From Erythrobacter sp. (GTDB taxonomy: Bacteria; Pseudomonadota; Alphaproteobacteria; Sphingomonadales; Sphingomonadaceae), in NCBI GenBank assembly GCA_019739335.1, contig CP073261.1, positions 996,818-1,060,817 of the forward strand: a stretch of 64,000 nt of DNA, written 5' to 3'. The translations under genes were made by a program, and so were the position numbers. Under the pieces are notes generated by a model. That model was not told where the DNA came from, did not search any database, and saw only the letters and a program-made list of their open reading frames with translations. This document shows, piece by piece, positions 49,770 to 59,416 of this stretch. Numbering within the stretch: position 1 is the first letter of the stretch; each line of letters starts with the position of its first letter.

Positions 49770-50306
49770 ATGTCTTTCCAGTCCCTCCCCCGCCTGTGGC
49801 TGCTTTCCGACGCGCGCAACGATGAGGTGCTCGAAATTCGGCTGCGGCAACTGGGCGCGCCTTCCGCCTTCGTTTACCGGCATTACCACCTGCCACCGAA
49901 AGGGCGGCTGGCGCGATATCGCCAGCTGGCGCGGGTCGCGCGCGCCGAGGGGCATCTGGTGATCCTCGCCGACTCGGCGCTGACGGCGCGCGAATGGGGT
50001 GCGGACGGGATCTATGGTGCCCCGCTGGCGCTCTATCCGCGTCGATGCGATCTGCTGCGGGTGGCCACGGCACATGATATGAGCGAGATTGCGCAGGCCA
50101 ATCGCGTGGGGGCGGACGCGGTGATGCTTTCTGCGGCCTTCCCGACCAATTCGCATCCCGGCGGCAAGGTGCTCGGCCCGCTGCGCTGGCATAGCCTCGC
50201 GCGGCAGGCGCAAATGCCGGTCATCGCGCTGGGAGGGATGAACTCCGTCACTTCGCGCCGCCTTGGATGTGAGCGTTGGGCTGCGATTGATGGGCTTTCA
50301 GCCTGA
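49770..50306 (+). CDS. Thiamine-phosphate-synthase-like (ThiE/TenI) protein
   Basis: ATAHD, SAAFPTNSHPG, VIALGGM. Confidence 0.8.
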   Translation: MSFQSLPRLWLLSDARNDEVLEIRLRQLGAPSAFVYRHYHLPPKGRLARYRQLARVARAEGHLVILADSALTAREWGADGIYGAPLALYPRRCDLLRVATAHDMSEIAQANRVGADAVMLSAAFPTNSHPGGKVLGPLRWHSLARQAQMPVIALGGMNSVTSRRLGCERWAAIDGLSA

Positions 50307-50435
50307 AACGCTGAATTTGCCAAATCTCGGGCCGAAGGCCCGCAAGGGCAACCGCCCGCCCGGACCGGCCCCGCAGTGAAGCGGAGGGAATAGCCGGGAG
50401 GACGAAGCCGCGGACGCGGCTTCATGACAAACAAA

Positions 50436-50464
50436 TTGACCCATGAGTCCCCATGTGGGATTCT
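50436..50464 (+). promoter_or_regulatory. sigma70-like promoter of ftsK
   Basis: TTGACC-N17-GATTCT. Confidence 0.5.
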
Positions 50465-50497
50465 CCCCGTCGGGACGCATACGCAAGGGGATTCACC

Positions 50498-52846
50498 ATG
50501 GCCACGCGGGCCAACACTGCCGGGACAGACTGGAAAGCCGCTTTCCGCCGCTCGCTCGCGCGTTCTGCGCAGCTGACGGGCGCGGTGTTGCTGTTCGGCT
50601 TCACAGTTTTCCTTGCACTGGCGCTGGTCAGCTACAGCCAGACCGATCCCTCGCTTTCCACCGCTGCCGGGGACGTGGTGGACAACTGGATGGGCAAGCC
50701 CGGCGCCTTCATGGCCGATCTGGCGCTCACTGCATTCGGCTGGACTTCGCTGCTGTTCCTGCCGCTCACCTATGCCACTGCGCGCAAGCTGTGGCGCGAT
50801 GCCGAGGAAGAAGAGCACTGGGACGGCAAATGGTGGCGCGCGGTCGGCCTGCTGCTGTTGGCGATGGCCCTGCTGGCGACGACTTTCGCGCTCGTCACCG
50901 ATCCCGGCAACCACTCCTGGCCGGCAGGCTTTGGCGGGCTCGTGGGCCTGCTGGGCGAAGGCGCGATCCAGGCCCTGGCCGGACTGCTGCCCGAACCGGC
51001 GCGGGTCTGGACCATCCTTGGCGCTGGCCTCGCCACCCTGATCGGCGGCGCGGTACTGGCGGGCCGGGTTTTCGCGCTCGACTGGGCGAGTCTGCTCACC
51101 GTACCCGACTGGATCAGGAATCGTCCGCGCCTCACTGATCCGGTCAATCCTCTCAAGCCCGAATCCCGCAAGCAACGCCGCAAACCCGCAGTGGCGGAAG
51201 ACGAGGACGAGCGCGACGACGACGAGCAAGCCCTGGCCGAACGTCGCCGCGCGCCCGAAATCAGCGATGCCGCCGCTCCGCCGCGCCGCGCGAGGCCCGA
51301 ACCCAAGGTCAGCCAGAAGGACCTGTTCGCCGAGTACGAATTGCCCTCTGTCGAACTGCTGGAGGAAGCCAAGGGCAACCAGGCCCCGCCGCTCGACAAG
51401 CTGGCGCTCGAACGCAATGCCCGCCTGCTCGAAACCGTGCTCGACGATTTCAACGTCAAGGGCGAGATCGTGGCGGTCAAGACCGGCCCCGTCGTCACCA
51501 TGTACGAACTCGAGCCTGCCCCCGGTATCAAGGCCAGCCGGGTAATCGGCCTTGCCGAAGACATCGCCCGCAACATGAGTGCGATCAGCGCCCGCGTCGC
51601 CTCGATCCCCGGCAAGACGGTGATGGGCATCGAACTGCCCAATGCCAACCGGCAGACGGTCAACTTCCGCGAACTGGTCGAAAGCGAGGCCTTTGCGGCC
51701 AACAAGGGCGGGCTGCCGATCATTCTGGGTAAGGGAATCTCGGGCGATCCCATCGTGGCCGATCTCGCCGCCATGCCGCACCTGCTGGTGGCGGGCACCA
51801 CGGGTTCGGGCAAGTCGGTGGGGCTCAACGCAATCCTGCTCAGCCTGCTATATCGCTTCACGCCCGCGCAGTGCCGCCTGATCCTGATCGATCCCAAGGT
51901 GCTCGAACTCAAGAGTTACGACGACATCCCCCACTTGCTCGCCCCGGTGGTGACCGAGCCGCACAAATCGGTACGCTCGCTCAAGTGGGCGGTGGAGGAA
52001 ATGGAACGCCGCTACCGGATGATGAGCGAGATCGGCGCGCGCAATCTGCTCGGCTTCAACGAACGCGTCGCCGCCGCCGCTGCCAAGGGCAAGCCATTGA
52101 AGCGGACGGTGCAGACCGGTTACGATCCCGACACCGGCGAAGCGGTGGTCGAGGAGAAGGAACTCGATTACGCCGCGCTGCCGCAGATCGTGCTGATCGT
52201 GGACGAACTGGCCGACCTGATGGTGACCGTAGGCAAGGAAATCGAAGTGCTGATCCAGCGGCTCAGCCAGAAGAGCCGCGCGGCGGGCATCCACCTGATC
52301 ATGGCGACGCAGCGTCCTTCGGTCGATGTCATTACCGGGGTCATCAAGGCCAACCTCCCTACCCGCATCAGCTTCAACGTCACCAGCCGCATCGATTCGC
52401 GCACCATCCTCGGCGAACAGGGCGCCGAACAGCTGCTCGGCAAGGGCGATATGCTTTACAAGCCGAACACCGGCTCGCTCGCCCGCGTCCACGGGCCATT
52501 CGTCTCCGACGAGGAAGTCGAGAAGGTGGCCGAACACTGGCGCGCGCAGGGCGCCCCCGCCTATGTCGATTCGGTTACCGAGGAGCCGGAAGACGGCGGC
52601 TACGGCTACGACGAGGACGAGTTCACCGGCTCCGACAATCCGGAAGAGCGCAAGTACCGGCAGGCCTGCCAGATCGTGATCGAGAACCAGAAGGCCAGCG
52701 GATCGTGGCTTCAGCGGCAGATGGGAGTGGGCTACAACACCGCCGCCAAGTGGATCGAGCGGATGGAGGAAGACGGACTGGTCGGCCCGGCCAACCACGT
52801 CGGCCGCCGCGAAATCTACCGCGACAGGGACGGCAATCCGCTCTAG
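50498..52846 (+). CDS. ftsK: DNA translocase FtsK
   Basis: 4-TM N-terminus; PHLLVAGTTGSGKS, IVDELAD, ATQRPSVDV; gamma domain LQRQMGVGYNTAA. Confidence 0.96.
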   Translation: MATRANTAGTDWKAAFRRSLARSAQLTGAVLLFGFTVFLALALVSYSQTDPSLSTAAGDVVDNWMGKPGAFMADLALTAFGWTSLLFLPLTYATARKLWRDAEEEEHWDGKWWRAVGLLLLAMALLATTFALVTDPGNHSWPAGFGGLVGLLGEGAIQALAGLLPEPARVWTILGAGLATLIGGAVLAGRVFALDWASLLTVPDWIRNRPRLTDPVNPLKPESRKQRRKPAVAEDEDERDDDEQALAERRRAPEISDAAAPPRRARPEPKVSQKDLFAEYELPSVELLEEAKGNQAPPLDKLALERNARLLETVLDDFNVKGEIVAVKTGPVVTMYELEPAPGIKASRVIGLAEDIARNMSAISARVASIPGKTVMGIELPNANRQTVNFRELVESEAFAANKGGLPIILGKGISGDPIVADLAAMPHLLVAGTTGSGKSVGLNAILLSLLYRFTPAQCRLILIDPKVLELKSYDDIPHLLAPVVTEPHKSVRSLKWAVEEMERRYRMMSEIGARNLLGFNERVAAAAAKGKPLKRTVQTGYDPDTGEAVVEEKELDYAALPQIVLIVDELADLMVTVGKEIEVLIQRLSQKSRAAGIHLIMATQRPSVDVITGVIKANLPTRISFNVTSRIDSRTILGEQGAEQLLGKGDMLYKPNTGSLARVHGPFVSDEEVEKVAEHWRAQGAPAYVDSVTEEPEDGGYGYDEDEFTGSDNPEERKYRQACQIVIENQKASGSWLQRQMGVGYNTAAKWIERMEEDGLVGPANHVGRREIYRDRDGNPL

Positions 52847-52855
52847 GGGGCGGGC

Positions 52856-53347
52856 ATGTCTGACCAAGCCTCCGGAAAGCCTGCTAAAATGGCGGCCCGG
52901 CCCATCGAAGTGATCGGCTGGCGCGAACGGGTGGACCTGCCCGATCTCGGCCTCCACGCCATCCCCGCCAAGATCGATACCGGCGCACGCACTTCCTCGC
53001 TGCACGCCACCGTGCTCGCGCAATTCGAGCGAGACGGGAGGAATTTCGTGCGGTTTGCGGTCGATTTTCCGGCGCAGCACGTGCGACAGGTCTGCGAAGC
53101 GGTGCAGGTGGATTGGCGCGGTGTGACCAGTTCCAATGGCGAGACCCAGCGGCGGATGATCATCAAGACTCCGCTCAGGATCGGCGGGCAGATCTTTCGC
53201 GTGGAAATCAGCCTTGCCGACCGTTCGGACATGAAGCTGCCGATGCTGATCGGGCGTTCCTCGCTGCGTCGCCGGTTTGTCGTCGATTCCGGGCATAGCT
53301 GGTTGCAGACGCCGGGAATGCGTCCGGCCAAAGGACACAGATCATGA
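52856..53347 (+). CDS. RimK-associated putative ATP-dependent zinc / retropepsin-like protease
   Basis: [24 protein letters not shown]. Confidence 0.9.
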   Translation: MSDQASGKPAKMAARPIEVIGWRERVDLPDLGLHAIPAKIDTGARTSSLHATVLAQFERDGRNFVRFAVDFPAQHVRQVCEAVQVDWRGVTSSNGETQRRMIIKTPLRIGGQIFRVEISLADRSDMKLPMLIGRSSLRRRFVVDSGHSWLQTPGMRPAKGHRS

Positions 53348-54249
53348 AAATCGCCATGCTGGCGCGCAACCCCACGCTCTATTCGCACCAACGGCTCGTC
53401 GAAGCGGCAGAGGCGCGCGGACACACGCTCGATATCCTCAACACCACCCGCTGTTCGGTGAACATCGCCAGCCATCGCCCCACGGTGCTGTACGAAGGCA
53501 AGACTCTCGGCAAGTACGATGCAGTGATCCCGCGCATCGGCGCATCGATCACGCATTACGGGCTGGCGGTGCTGCGGCAGTTCGAGATGGCGGGGGTCTG
53601 GCCGCTCAACGAAAGCGTTGCCATCGGTCGCAGCCGCGACAAGCTGCGTTCGATGCAGATCCTTGCCAAGCACGGGCTGGGCCTGCCGCTGACCGCCTAT
53701 GCCAATGACCCCAAGCAGGCGGAGGAGATCATCAAGGCGGTCAAGGGGCCGCCGGTGGTGATCAAGCTGCTCGAAGGCACGCAGGGCATCGGGGTGGTGC
53801 TGGCCGAAACCATGAGCAGCGCCAAATCGGTGATCGAGGCGTTTCGCGGGGCCAAGGTCAACATCCTGGTGCAGGAATTCATCAAGGAAGCGGGCGGCAC
53901 CGACATTCGCGCGCTGGTGGTGGGAGGCAAGGTGGTGGCAGCCATGCAGCGTACCGGCGCGGCAGACGATTTCCGTTCGAACCTGCACCGCGGCGGCAGC
54001 GCCAAGATCATCAAGATCACCCCAGAAGAGCGCTCGACCGCGGTGCGCGCGGCCAAGCACATGGGTCTGAACGTGTGCGGGGTGGATATGCTGCGATCAA
54101 ACCACGGCCCGGTGGTGATGGAAGTCAATTCCTCTCCCGGACTGGAAGGCGTGGAAGCGGCGACCGGCATCGATGTTGCAGGAAAGATCATCGCATTCCT
54201 CGAAGACAATGCAATCGCCGGGAAGACGAAGACGCGGGGCAAGGGATAG
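53344..54249 (+). CDS. rimK: RimK alpha-L-glutamate ligase
   Basis: [36 protein letters not shown]. Confidence 0.96.
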   Translation: MKIAMLARNPTLYSHQRLVEAAEARGHTLDILNTTRCSVNIASHRPTVLYEGKTLGKYDAVIPRIGASITHYGLAVLRQFEMAGVWPLNESVAIGRSRDKLRSMQILAKHGLGLPLTAYANDPKQAEEIIKAVKGPPVVIKLLEGTQGIGVVLAETMSSAKSVIEAFRGAKVNILVQEFIKEAGGTDIRALVVGGKVVAAMQRTGAADDFRSNLHRGGSAKIIKITPEERSTAVRAAKHMGLNVCGVDMLRSNHGPVVMEVNSSPGLEGVEAATGIDVAGKIIAFLEDNAIAGKTKTRGKG

Positions 54250-54336
54250 GGCCGGAGCGGGTCCGGATCGGGGCGGTCAAACCTTTCGTTTTACAGTTAG
54301 CAAGTTGTAAACCATCACTACGTAAAAGCCCCGAGT

Positions 54337-55281
54337 ATGAACGGGGCAGCCATTTTTCGCGCACATTTTCGGGTGCTTTCCATGGCGGTGGGGCTTGCGG
54401 TCGCCACCCCTATTGCCGCGCAGGCAGATCCCGGCGGCGGCTGGAGCCTCGATCCCTTTGCGCGGCTGGAGGCGGGCGTAGTCCTGTCGCAAAGCGAGGA
54501 CCGTGACGACGAGCTGATCATCAACGGTGACGGTGGCTATCTGCGCGGGCAAATCGGAGTCGAACTTGGCAACGAGACGACACAATTGCGGCTTGAGGCC
54601 GACCGGATCGAGGTCGAGCGGTTCGGTTCGGCCACCGGGCGGTCAGGTTACAATCGCGACCGCATTTCGGCCTCGCTCACACAGGAGCTGGGCGAGCAAT
54701 GGGAAGTCGAACTCGCCCTTCGCGCCTATGACGATCTGGTCTCGGTCGAATCCGCCGATACCGACGAGCGGCAAACCTCGATCCTCGTGCAGTTCGAACC
54801 TGAACAGGCGCACCGCTTCCGCCTGCGCGGAACCTGGCGGGATCGCGAGTATGACGATGGCGCAGGACCAGGGGGCGCATCGTCCACGGGCGATGGCCTG
54901 CGCGTGGATGCCGATTACCGCCACCGGCTGGGACGCTATCACTATATCAATTTCGACCTGCGCACCGAAAGCATCGATTCCGCCAATCCGGACCGGCGCT
55001 ACAGCCGCGAAAGCGCCAGTGTTTCCTACACCCACCCGCTCACCAGTGACCTCAGGGTGCGCCCCGCCGTGGAACTGCGCCAGACCCGCTTTGGCGGTCG
55101 GCTGACCCCAGCAGGCGAAGCGCGCGAGGACAGCCAGATCGTTCCCGAAGTGGAACTGCTGTGGTGGCCGGGCCAGTGGCGCATCGAAGCGGAAGCCAAG
55201 TACGTGTTCGGCGATAGCAACGATCCGGTTCGGGACCGGCGTGGCTATCGCCTGTCGCTGAGTGTCGGCTATGCCTTCTAG
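54337..55281 (+). CDS. Outer-membrane beta-barrel protein
   Basis: Signal peptide to IAA; amphipathic strands; terminal LSLSVGYAF beta-signal. Confidence 0.82.
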   Translation: MNGAAIFRAHFRVLSMAVGLAVATPIAAQADPGGGWSLDPFARLEAGVVLSQSEDRDDELIINGDGGYLRGQIGVELGNETTQLRLEADRIEVERFGSATGRSGYNRDRISASLTQELGEQWEVELALRAYDDLVSVESADTDERQTSILVQFEPEQAHRFRLRGTWRDREYDDGAGPGGASSTGDGLRVDADYRHRLGRYHYINFDLRTESIDSANPDRRYSRESASVSYTHPLTSDLRVRPAVELRQTRFGGRLTPAGEAREDSQIVPEVELLWWPGQWRIEAEAKYVFGDSNDPVRDRRGYRLSLSVGYAF

Positions 55282-56419
55282 AGCCGTGCGGCATTGGCGG
55301 CTGAGCCGCTGGCGAAAATGGCGGCGGGTGCTTGCAAAGGCCACCCCGCAGATCAAGCGCCCGGCGCTGATCGGGGCTGCCGTGATCGGCCTCATCGGCG
55401 TGCTGGTGATCCTCGGCCTGATCCGCACCGAAAACCCGTTCCAGATGCCGAGTTCGCTGGGCGAACGGGCGGTGTCCTATGCCGTCTGGGGCATGAAGCC
55501 GTCCAACCTGCTGATGGCGCTGCCGATCGGTGCCTTCCTGGTGGTGCTGGCGCGCAGTTTCATCGGGATGAAGGCCTTCGGCCTGTTCACCCCGATGCTG
55601 ATCGCCATCGCCTTCCTCCAGATCGGCCCGGTGTTCGGGCCGGTGGTGCTGATTGCGGCGGTGGGCGTCGGCATGATCGCGGCGCCGTCGCTGCTCAAGC
55701 TGCGGATGACGCGGGTGGGCTTCCTCGGGGTGCTGATTTCGTTCGTGGTCTTCGTGCTCGCAGGATTGCAGCAGGTGCTCGACACCGAATTGCAGGTCGA
55801 TGCCTTCCCCGTGGTGGTGACCGCACTGTGCGTCGAACGCTGGTGGCGGCAATGGGAAAAGGACGGCCCCGCCCCCGCCGCGCAGATGGCGCTCAACACA
55901 CTGGTGCTGGCATTGGTGATCCAGTTCGTGATGGTGAGCCACGTCGCGCTCACCCTGATCGAGATTTCGCCGCTGGTGCTCCCCGGTTTCGCCGGGCTCG
56001 CGATTGCCCTGCTGGGCCGGTATCGCGGGCTGCGGCTGTCCGAAATCAAACGTTTCGCCCCGATCTGGCTTGAAGGAAGACGCAATGCCAAGGCTGCTGC
56101 AACTCTCGACGAACGTGCTGGAATTGCCGTCCGGGATACCGACCGAGCTGTCGAGGCCAGCCCGGCGGTGGTGGTCCCGCTTTTCCCGGAGCCCAACTTC
56201 GGATCGACCTTCGGCTTCGCCACTGAGAATTCCGCAGAAGGGACACATCGACGAGATCCTCGGCATCAACCTGCGCAACGCGATCATCTCGAAGTACAAC
56301 CCGCGCTGGGCCATCGAGGCAGCGCGCGACAAGGTGGCAGCCAAGGTGGCGCTGAACGCTGGCGGCGTGGTAACCACCGGAACGGTATGCGTCATCTCCA
56401 GCTATGGGGATCTGCTTGA
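55271..56419 (+). CDS. 7TM domain protein (7TM_transglut-like, without a transglutaminase domain); 3' extension overlaps the next gene
   Basis: LPIGAFLVVLARSFIGMKAFGLFTPMLIAIAF, FPVVV, GRYRGLRLSEIKRF. Confidence 0.82.
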   Translation: MPSRAVRHWRLSRWRKWRRVLAKATPQIKRPALIGAAVIGLIGVLVILGLIRTENPFQMPSSLGERAVSYAVWGMKPSNLLMALPIGAFLVVLARSFIGMKAFGLFTPMLIAIAFLQIGPVFGPVVLIAAVGVGMIAAPSLLKLRMTRVGFLGVLISFVVFVLAGLQQVLDTELQVDAFPVVVTALCVERWWRQWEKDGPAPAAQMALNTLVLALVIQFVMVSHVALTLIEISPLVLPGFAGLAIALLGRYRGLRLSEIKRFAPIWLEGRRNAKAAATLDERAGIAVRDTDRAVEASPAVVVPLFPEPNFGSTFGFATENSAEGTHRRDPRHQPAQRDHLEVQPALGHRGSARQGGSQGGAERWRRGNHRNGMRHLQLWGSA

Positions 56420-57104
56420 TTTCGATCCGCTGCGCGACTTGCCCGACAGCTGGGCGATCAAGCCTGCGCGCGGCAGCCAGGGCGATGGCATCCTGCTGGC
56501 AGTGCGGCGCGAGGGCAACGACTGGTACAAGGGATCGGGTACCAAGCTTACTGCGACAGATGTGATGAACCACCTGCGCCGGATCGTCGATGGCGGTTTT
56601 TCGGGTGATACCGCCGCCGAGGACGCGGCGCTGATCGAACCGCTGATCCGCCCCGACAAGCGCATCGCCGGGCTGGTGCCCGAAGGCCTGCCCGATGTGC
56701 GGGTGATTTCGCTGCGCGAACATCCGCTGATGGCGATGATGCGCATTCCCACCGTAGCTTCGGACGGCAAGGCCAACCTCCACCAGCGCGCCATCGGCGC
56801 GGCGGTGGATATCGAGACGGGCATCATCACCCGGGCCATGGTGGTGGGGCAGGAAATCACCCATCATCCCGATACCGGCGCGAAACTGATCGATTTCACC
56901 GTGCCCGAATGGGACCGGGTGCTGCTGATGAGCTCCAAATGCAGCGCCGCCATCGGGCTCGGCTATCTGGGCGTCGATATCATTCTGGACGAGAACGACG
57001 GGCCGATGGTGCTGGAAGTGAACGCCCACCCCGGCATCGAAATCCAGAACATCAACCAGAAAGGCCTGCGCCGGGCAATGATCCTGGCGGGAGAGAAGTT
57101 CTGA
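56085..57104 (+). CDS. Alpha-L-glutamate-ligase-related / sugar-transfer-associated ATP-grasp protein
   Basis: ILGINLRN...YNPR...DK, IKPARGSQGDGI, PDVRVI, ANLHQ, GVDI, LEVNAHPG; GAAGGA RBS. Confidence 0.88.
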   Translation: MPRLLQLSTNVLELPSGIPTELSRPARRWWSRFSRSPTSDRPSASPLRIPQKGHIDEILGINLRNAIISKYNPRWAIEAARDKVAAKVALNAGGVVTTGTVCVISSYGDLLDFDPLRDLPDSWAIKPARGSQGDGILLAVRREGNDWYKGSGTKLTATDVMNHLRRIVDGGFSGDTAAEDAALIEPLIRPDKRIAGLVPEGLPDVRVISLREHPLMAMMRIPTVASDGKANLHQRAIGAAVDIETGIITRAMVVGQEITHHPDTGAKLIDFTVPEWDRVLLMSSKCSAAIGLGYLGVDIILDENDGPMVLEVNAHPGIEIQNINQKGLRRAMILAGEKF

Positions 57105-57213
57105 CGCATGGCCAGCAGCAAATCATGATGGTTAGCCGGTATTAACCACGTTCGCGCAGGCGGTCTTAAGCCAGTTGTCTTATGCCTGACGGGTCGCAAA
57201 GGGGGAAAATCCC

Positions 57214-57735
57214 ATGTTCGGTATGTTCAAAGCAAAGTCTGCCACACCCGTTCAGCAGGGTCCGGCCATCATAGAAGCCGCCATCGCAGTGGATTGCGCC
57301 GCCGATACGCTGTTCGGCCTGCTCAATTTCGCCGATCCGACCTGCTGGAAGCACGCGGTGGGCACAGTGGAAACGGTCGCCACCGGGCGGTTCCGCCTGC
57401 ATCTCGATCTGCTGCCCGAACACGTTTTCACCATCGTGGTGAGCGATGCCGAACCCGGCCGCCTCTACGCTTTCGACACCCAGATCACCCCGCGCGCAGG
57501 CCGCATCACCCACGCCAGCGAACGCTATGAAATCGCCCCGACCGGCGCGGCGACCTGCATCGTCCGGCTACTGACCGAAGCCCATTTCGAAGCGGGCTTG
57601 CCCCGCAGCGAATGGCTCGAAGAAGCCGCGCTGATGGACCAGGCCGTCCACACGACGCTCGCGAAGCTGAAGCTGCACGCCGAATACGGCGCCGATGCGG
57701 TGCGCAATGTGGAGAATTTCCAGCGCGCGGCCTGA
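57214..57735 (+). CDS. SRPBCC/START-like domain protein
   Basis: Helix-grip-like pattern; C-terminal LAKLKLHAEYG. Confidence 0.7.
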   Translation: MFGMFKAKSATPVQQGPAIIEAAIAVDCAADTLFGLLNFADPTCWKHAVGTVETVATGRFRLHLDLLPEHVFTIVVSDAEPGRLYAFDTQITPRAGRITHASERYEIAPTGAATCIVRLLTEAHFEAGLPRSEWLEEAALMDQAVHTTLAKLKLHAEYGADAVRNVENFQRAA

Positions 57736-57759
57736 GGCTTGGGCATTCCAGGCGTCGCT

Positions 57760-59322
57760 TCACCCTCCCCTGCAGGCATAACTCGCTGCCGTATCGGGAT
57801 CGCCGCCGACATAGTGCGGATAGGCCGGATGCGGGCAGAGCGGACGTTCTCCCGGTGCGCCGCTGCTGCGGGTTGCGGTGAGGCCTGCGGGCGCAGTGCC
57901 GCCTTCCACCCATTCCACCATCGCCGTCAGCAGGTCGATCCGGTCGAAACTCTCGCCGCCGCCACAATGGAGCATCCCCGGCATCATGTAGAACCGCGCC
58001 GCCTGATCCCATGCCTCGGCGCCATTGGCTTCGCGGGCGCGCTCGAAATAGTCCCAGGTGTCGTAGGCGGAGAACCACGGATCGGAGACGCCGTGGTAGT
58101 ACATGATCTTGCTGCCGCGCCCGAGATAGGTCGAAAGATTGGTCCAGTAGGCAGTGTCGGTCAGCCGCCCCACGGCATCCCATTCGAGTTCGCGCAGACG
58201 GGCCGCTTCATCCATCGCGCGGGCCGAAGTGGCGGGACCAAACGGGCCGGGCTGGCCGGAAGGGAGATAGCCCGCGATGCCGGGGCCGTTATAGGTGATG
58301 CCGGTGTCCCAGGGGATCGCCGTGTAGAAGTCGCGACCCGCGAAGGCCTCGCGCAGCACCTCGACCTTGGGAGAGGCAATGCATTCGCTGGTCTGGCCCC
58401 CAGTCTGCCCGGCCCGGCATTGCAGCGCCGAGGGATCGAAGGCGCGGCAGGCCTCGACATTGGCGATGATGCCATCCTCGCGCCCGTCCCGCCCGTCGCA
58501 CTGGCGGGTCAGTTCACGCTCGATCACGCGTCGCTCGGTGGCATCGAAACCGGCGGGCGTGCTGGTCCCGGCGGGTTGTGTGGCGTTCAACTGCACCTGC
58601 GCCAGTTCGATCGCCAGGTTGCCATGCCCGGGGCGCATGGCGGGGGCGCCGACCACGATCCCGTCGAACAGCTCGGGATAGCGCTGGCTCGCCAGCATCC
58701 CCTCGCGCCCACCGGTGGAACAGCCGGTCATGTACGAATGGTGCGGGTCGGCCTGATAGAATTGCGCGGTGATCGCGCGGGTTGCCAGCGTAACGGTACG
58801 CACCGAGGCTTCGGCGAAATTGAGCGCCGCCCGTTGGTCGGCGTAGAAGCTGTTGTCGAACACCGCGCCGCGATGGCCGCTGTCATGGCTGGCAACGGCG
58901 AAACCCCGCGCCAGGGCATTGTCCGCACCCGCCGCCACCGGGCCGACGGGCGGGCGCACCGAGCCGTTGAGCCCTCCGCCGCCCTGCAACAGGTACCGGC
59001 CGGTCCATTCGAGCGGCAGGGCCAGTTCGAAACCGATCCCGTATTCGACCCCGCCAGCCCCGGTCCGCCGGTTGATCGTCCCGGTGACGAGACAATGCGG
59101 CGGCATCTGCACCTCCGGGCCACCGAATCCGGCGGGGATGGTGCGACCTTCGGGCAGGAACTCTGCCGAGGTGATGACCACCTCGCCCATCCGCTGGCCA
59201 GTCAGGACTTCACAGCGTGCGCCGAAATCGCTGGTTCCTGTTTGCGCCGGAGTGCCGCCCGCTGAACCCGCTGCCAGTGCCGCCGCGCCCACTGCCACCA
59301 AGGCGATTGCCCGCTTACCCAT
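57760..59322 (-). CDS. Tannase/feruloyl-esterase family hydrolase, secreted
   Basis: GCSTGG, YHGVSD, MLHCGGG, WVEGG, RPLCPHP; signal peptide. Confidence 0.92.
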   Translation of the reverse strand: MGKRAIALVAVGAAALAAGSAGGTPAQTGTSDFGARCEVLTGQRMGEVVITSAEFLPEGRTIPAGFGGPEVQMPPHCLVTGTINRRTGAGGVEYGIGFELALPLEWTGRYLLQGGGGLNGSVRPPVGPVAAGADNALARGFAVASHDSGHRGAVFDNSFYADQRAALNFAEASVRTVTLATRAITAQFYQADPHHSYMTGCSTGGREGMLASQRYPELFDGIVVGAPAMRPGHGNLAIELAQVQLNATQPAGTSTPAGFDATERRVIERELTRQCDGRDGREDGIIANVEACRAFDPSALQCRAGQTGGQTSECIASPKVEVLREAFAGRDFYTAIPWDTGITYNGPGIAGYLPSGQPGPFGPATSARAMDEAARLRELEWDAVGRLTDTAYWTNLSTYLGRGSKIMYYHGVSDPWFSAYDTWDYFERAREANGAEAWDQAARFYMMPGMLHCGGGESFDRIDLLTAMVEWVEGGTAPAGLTATRSSGAPGERPLCPHPAYPHYVGGDPDTAASYACRGG

Positions 59323-59416
59323 AATCTCTCTCCCCAACCCGCGATCTTCACTGATCGCTGGATAAACTGCTTGCCGCACCTAGGCCAAGCGCCCCGCCTC
59401 TCCTATCCCCCCACCC

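Noticed and set aside
57132-57147. CtrA site upstream of the SRPBCC gene
   Set aside because: Spacing is N6 with one imperfect half-site; only a TTAACC half-site is present.
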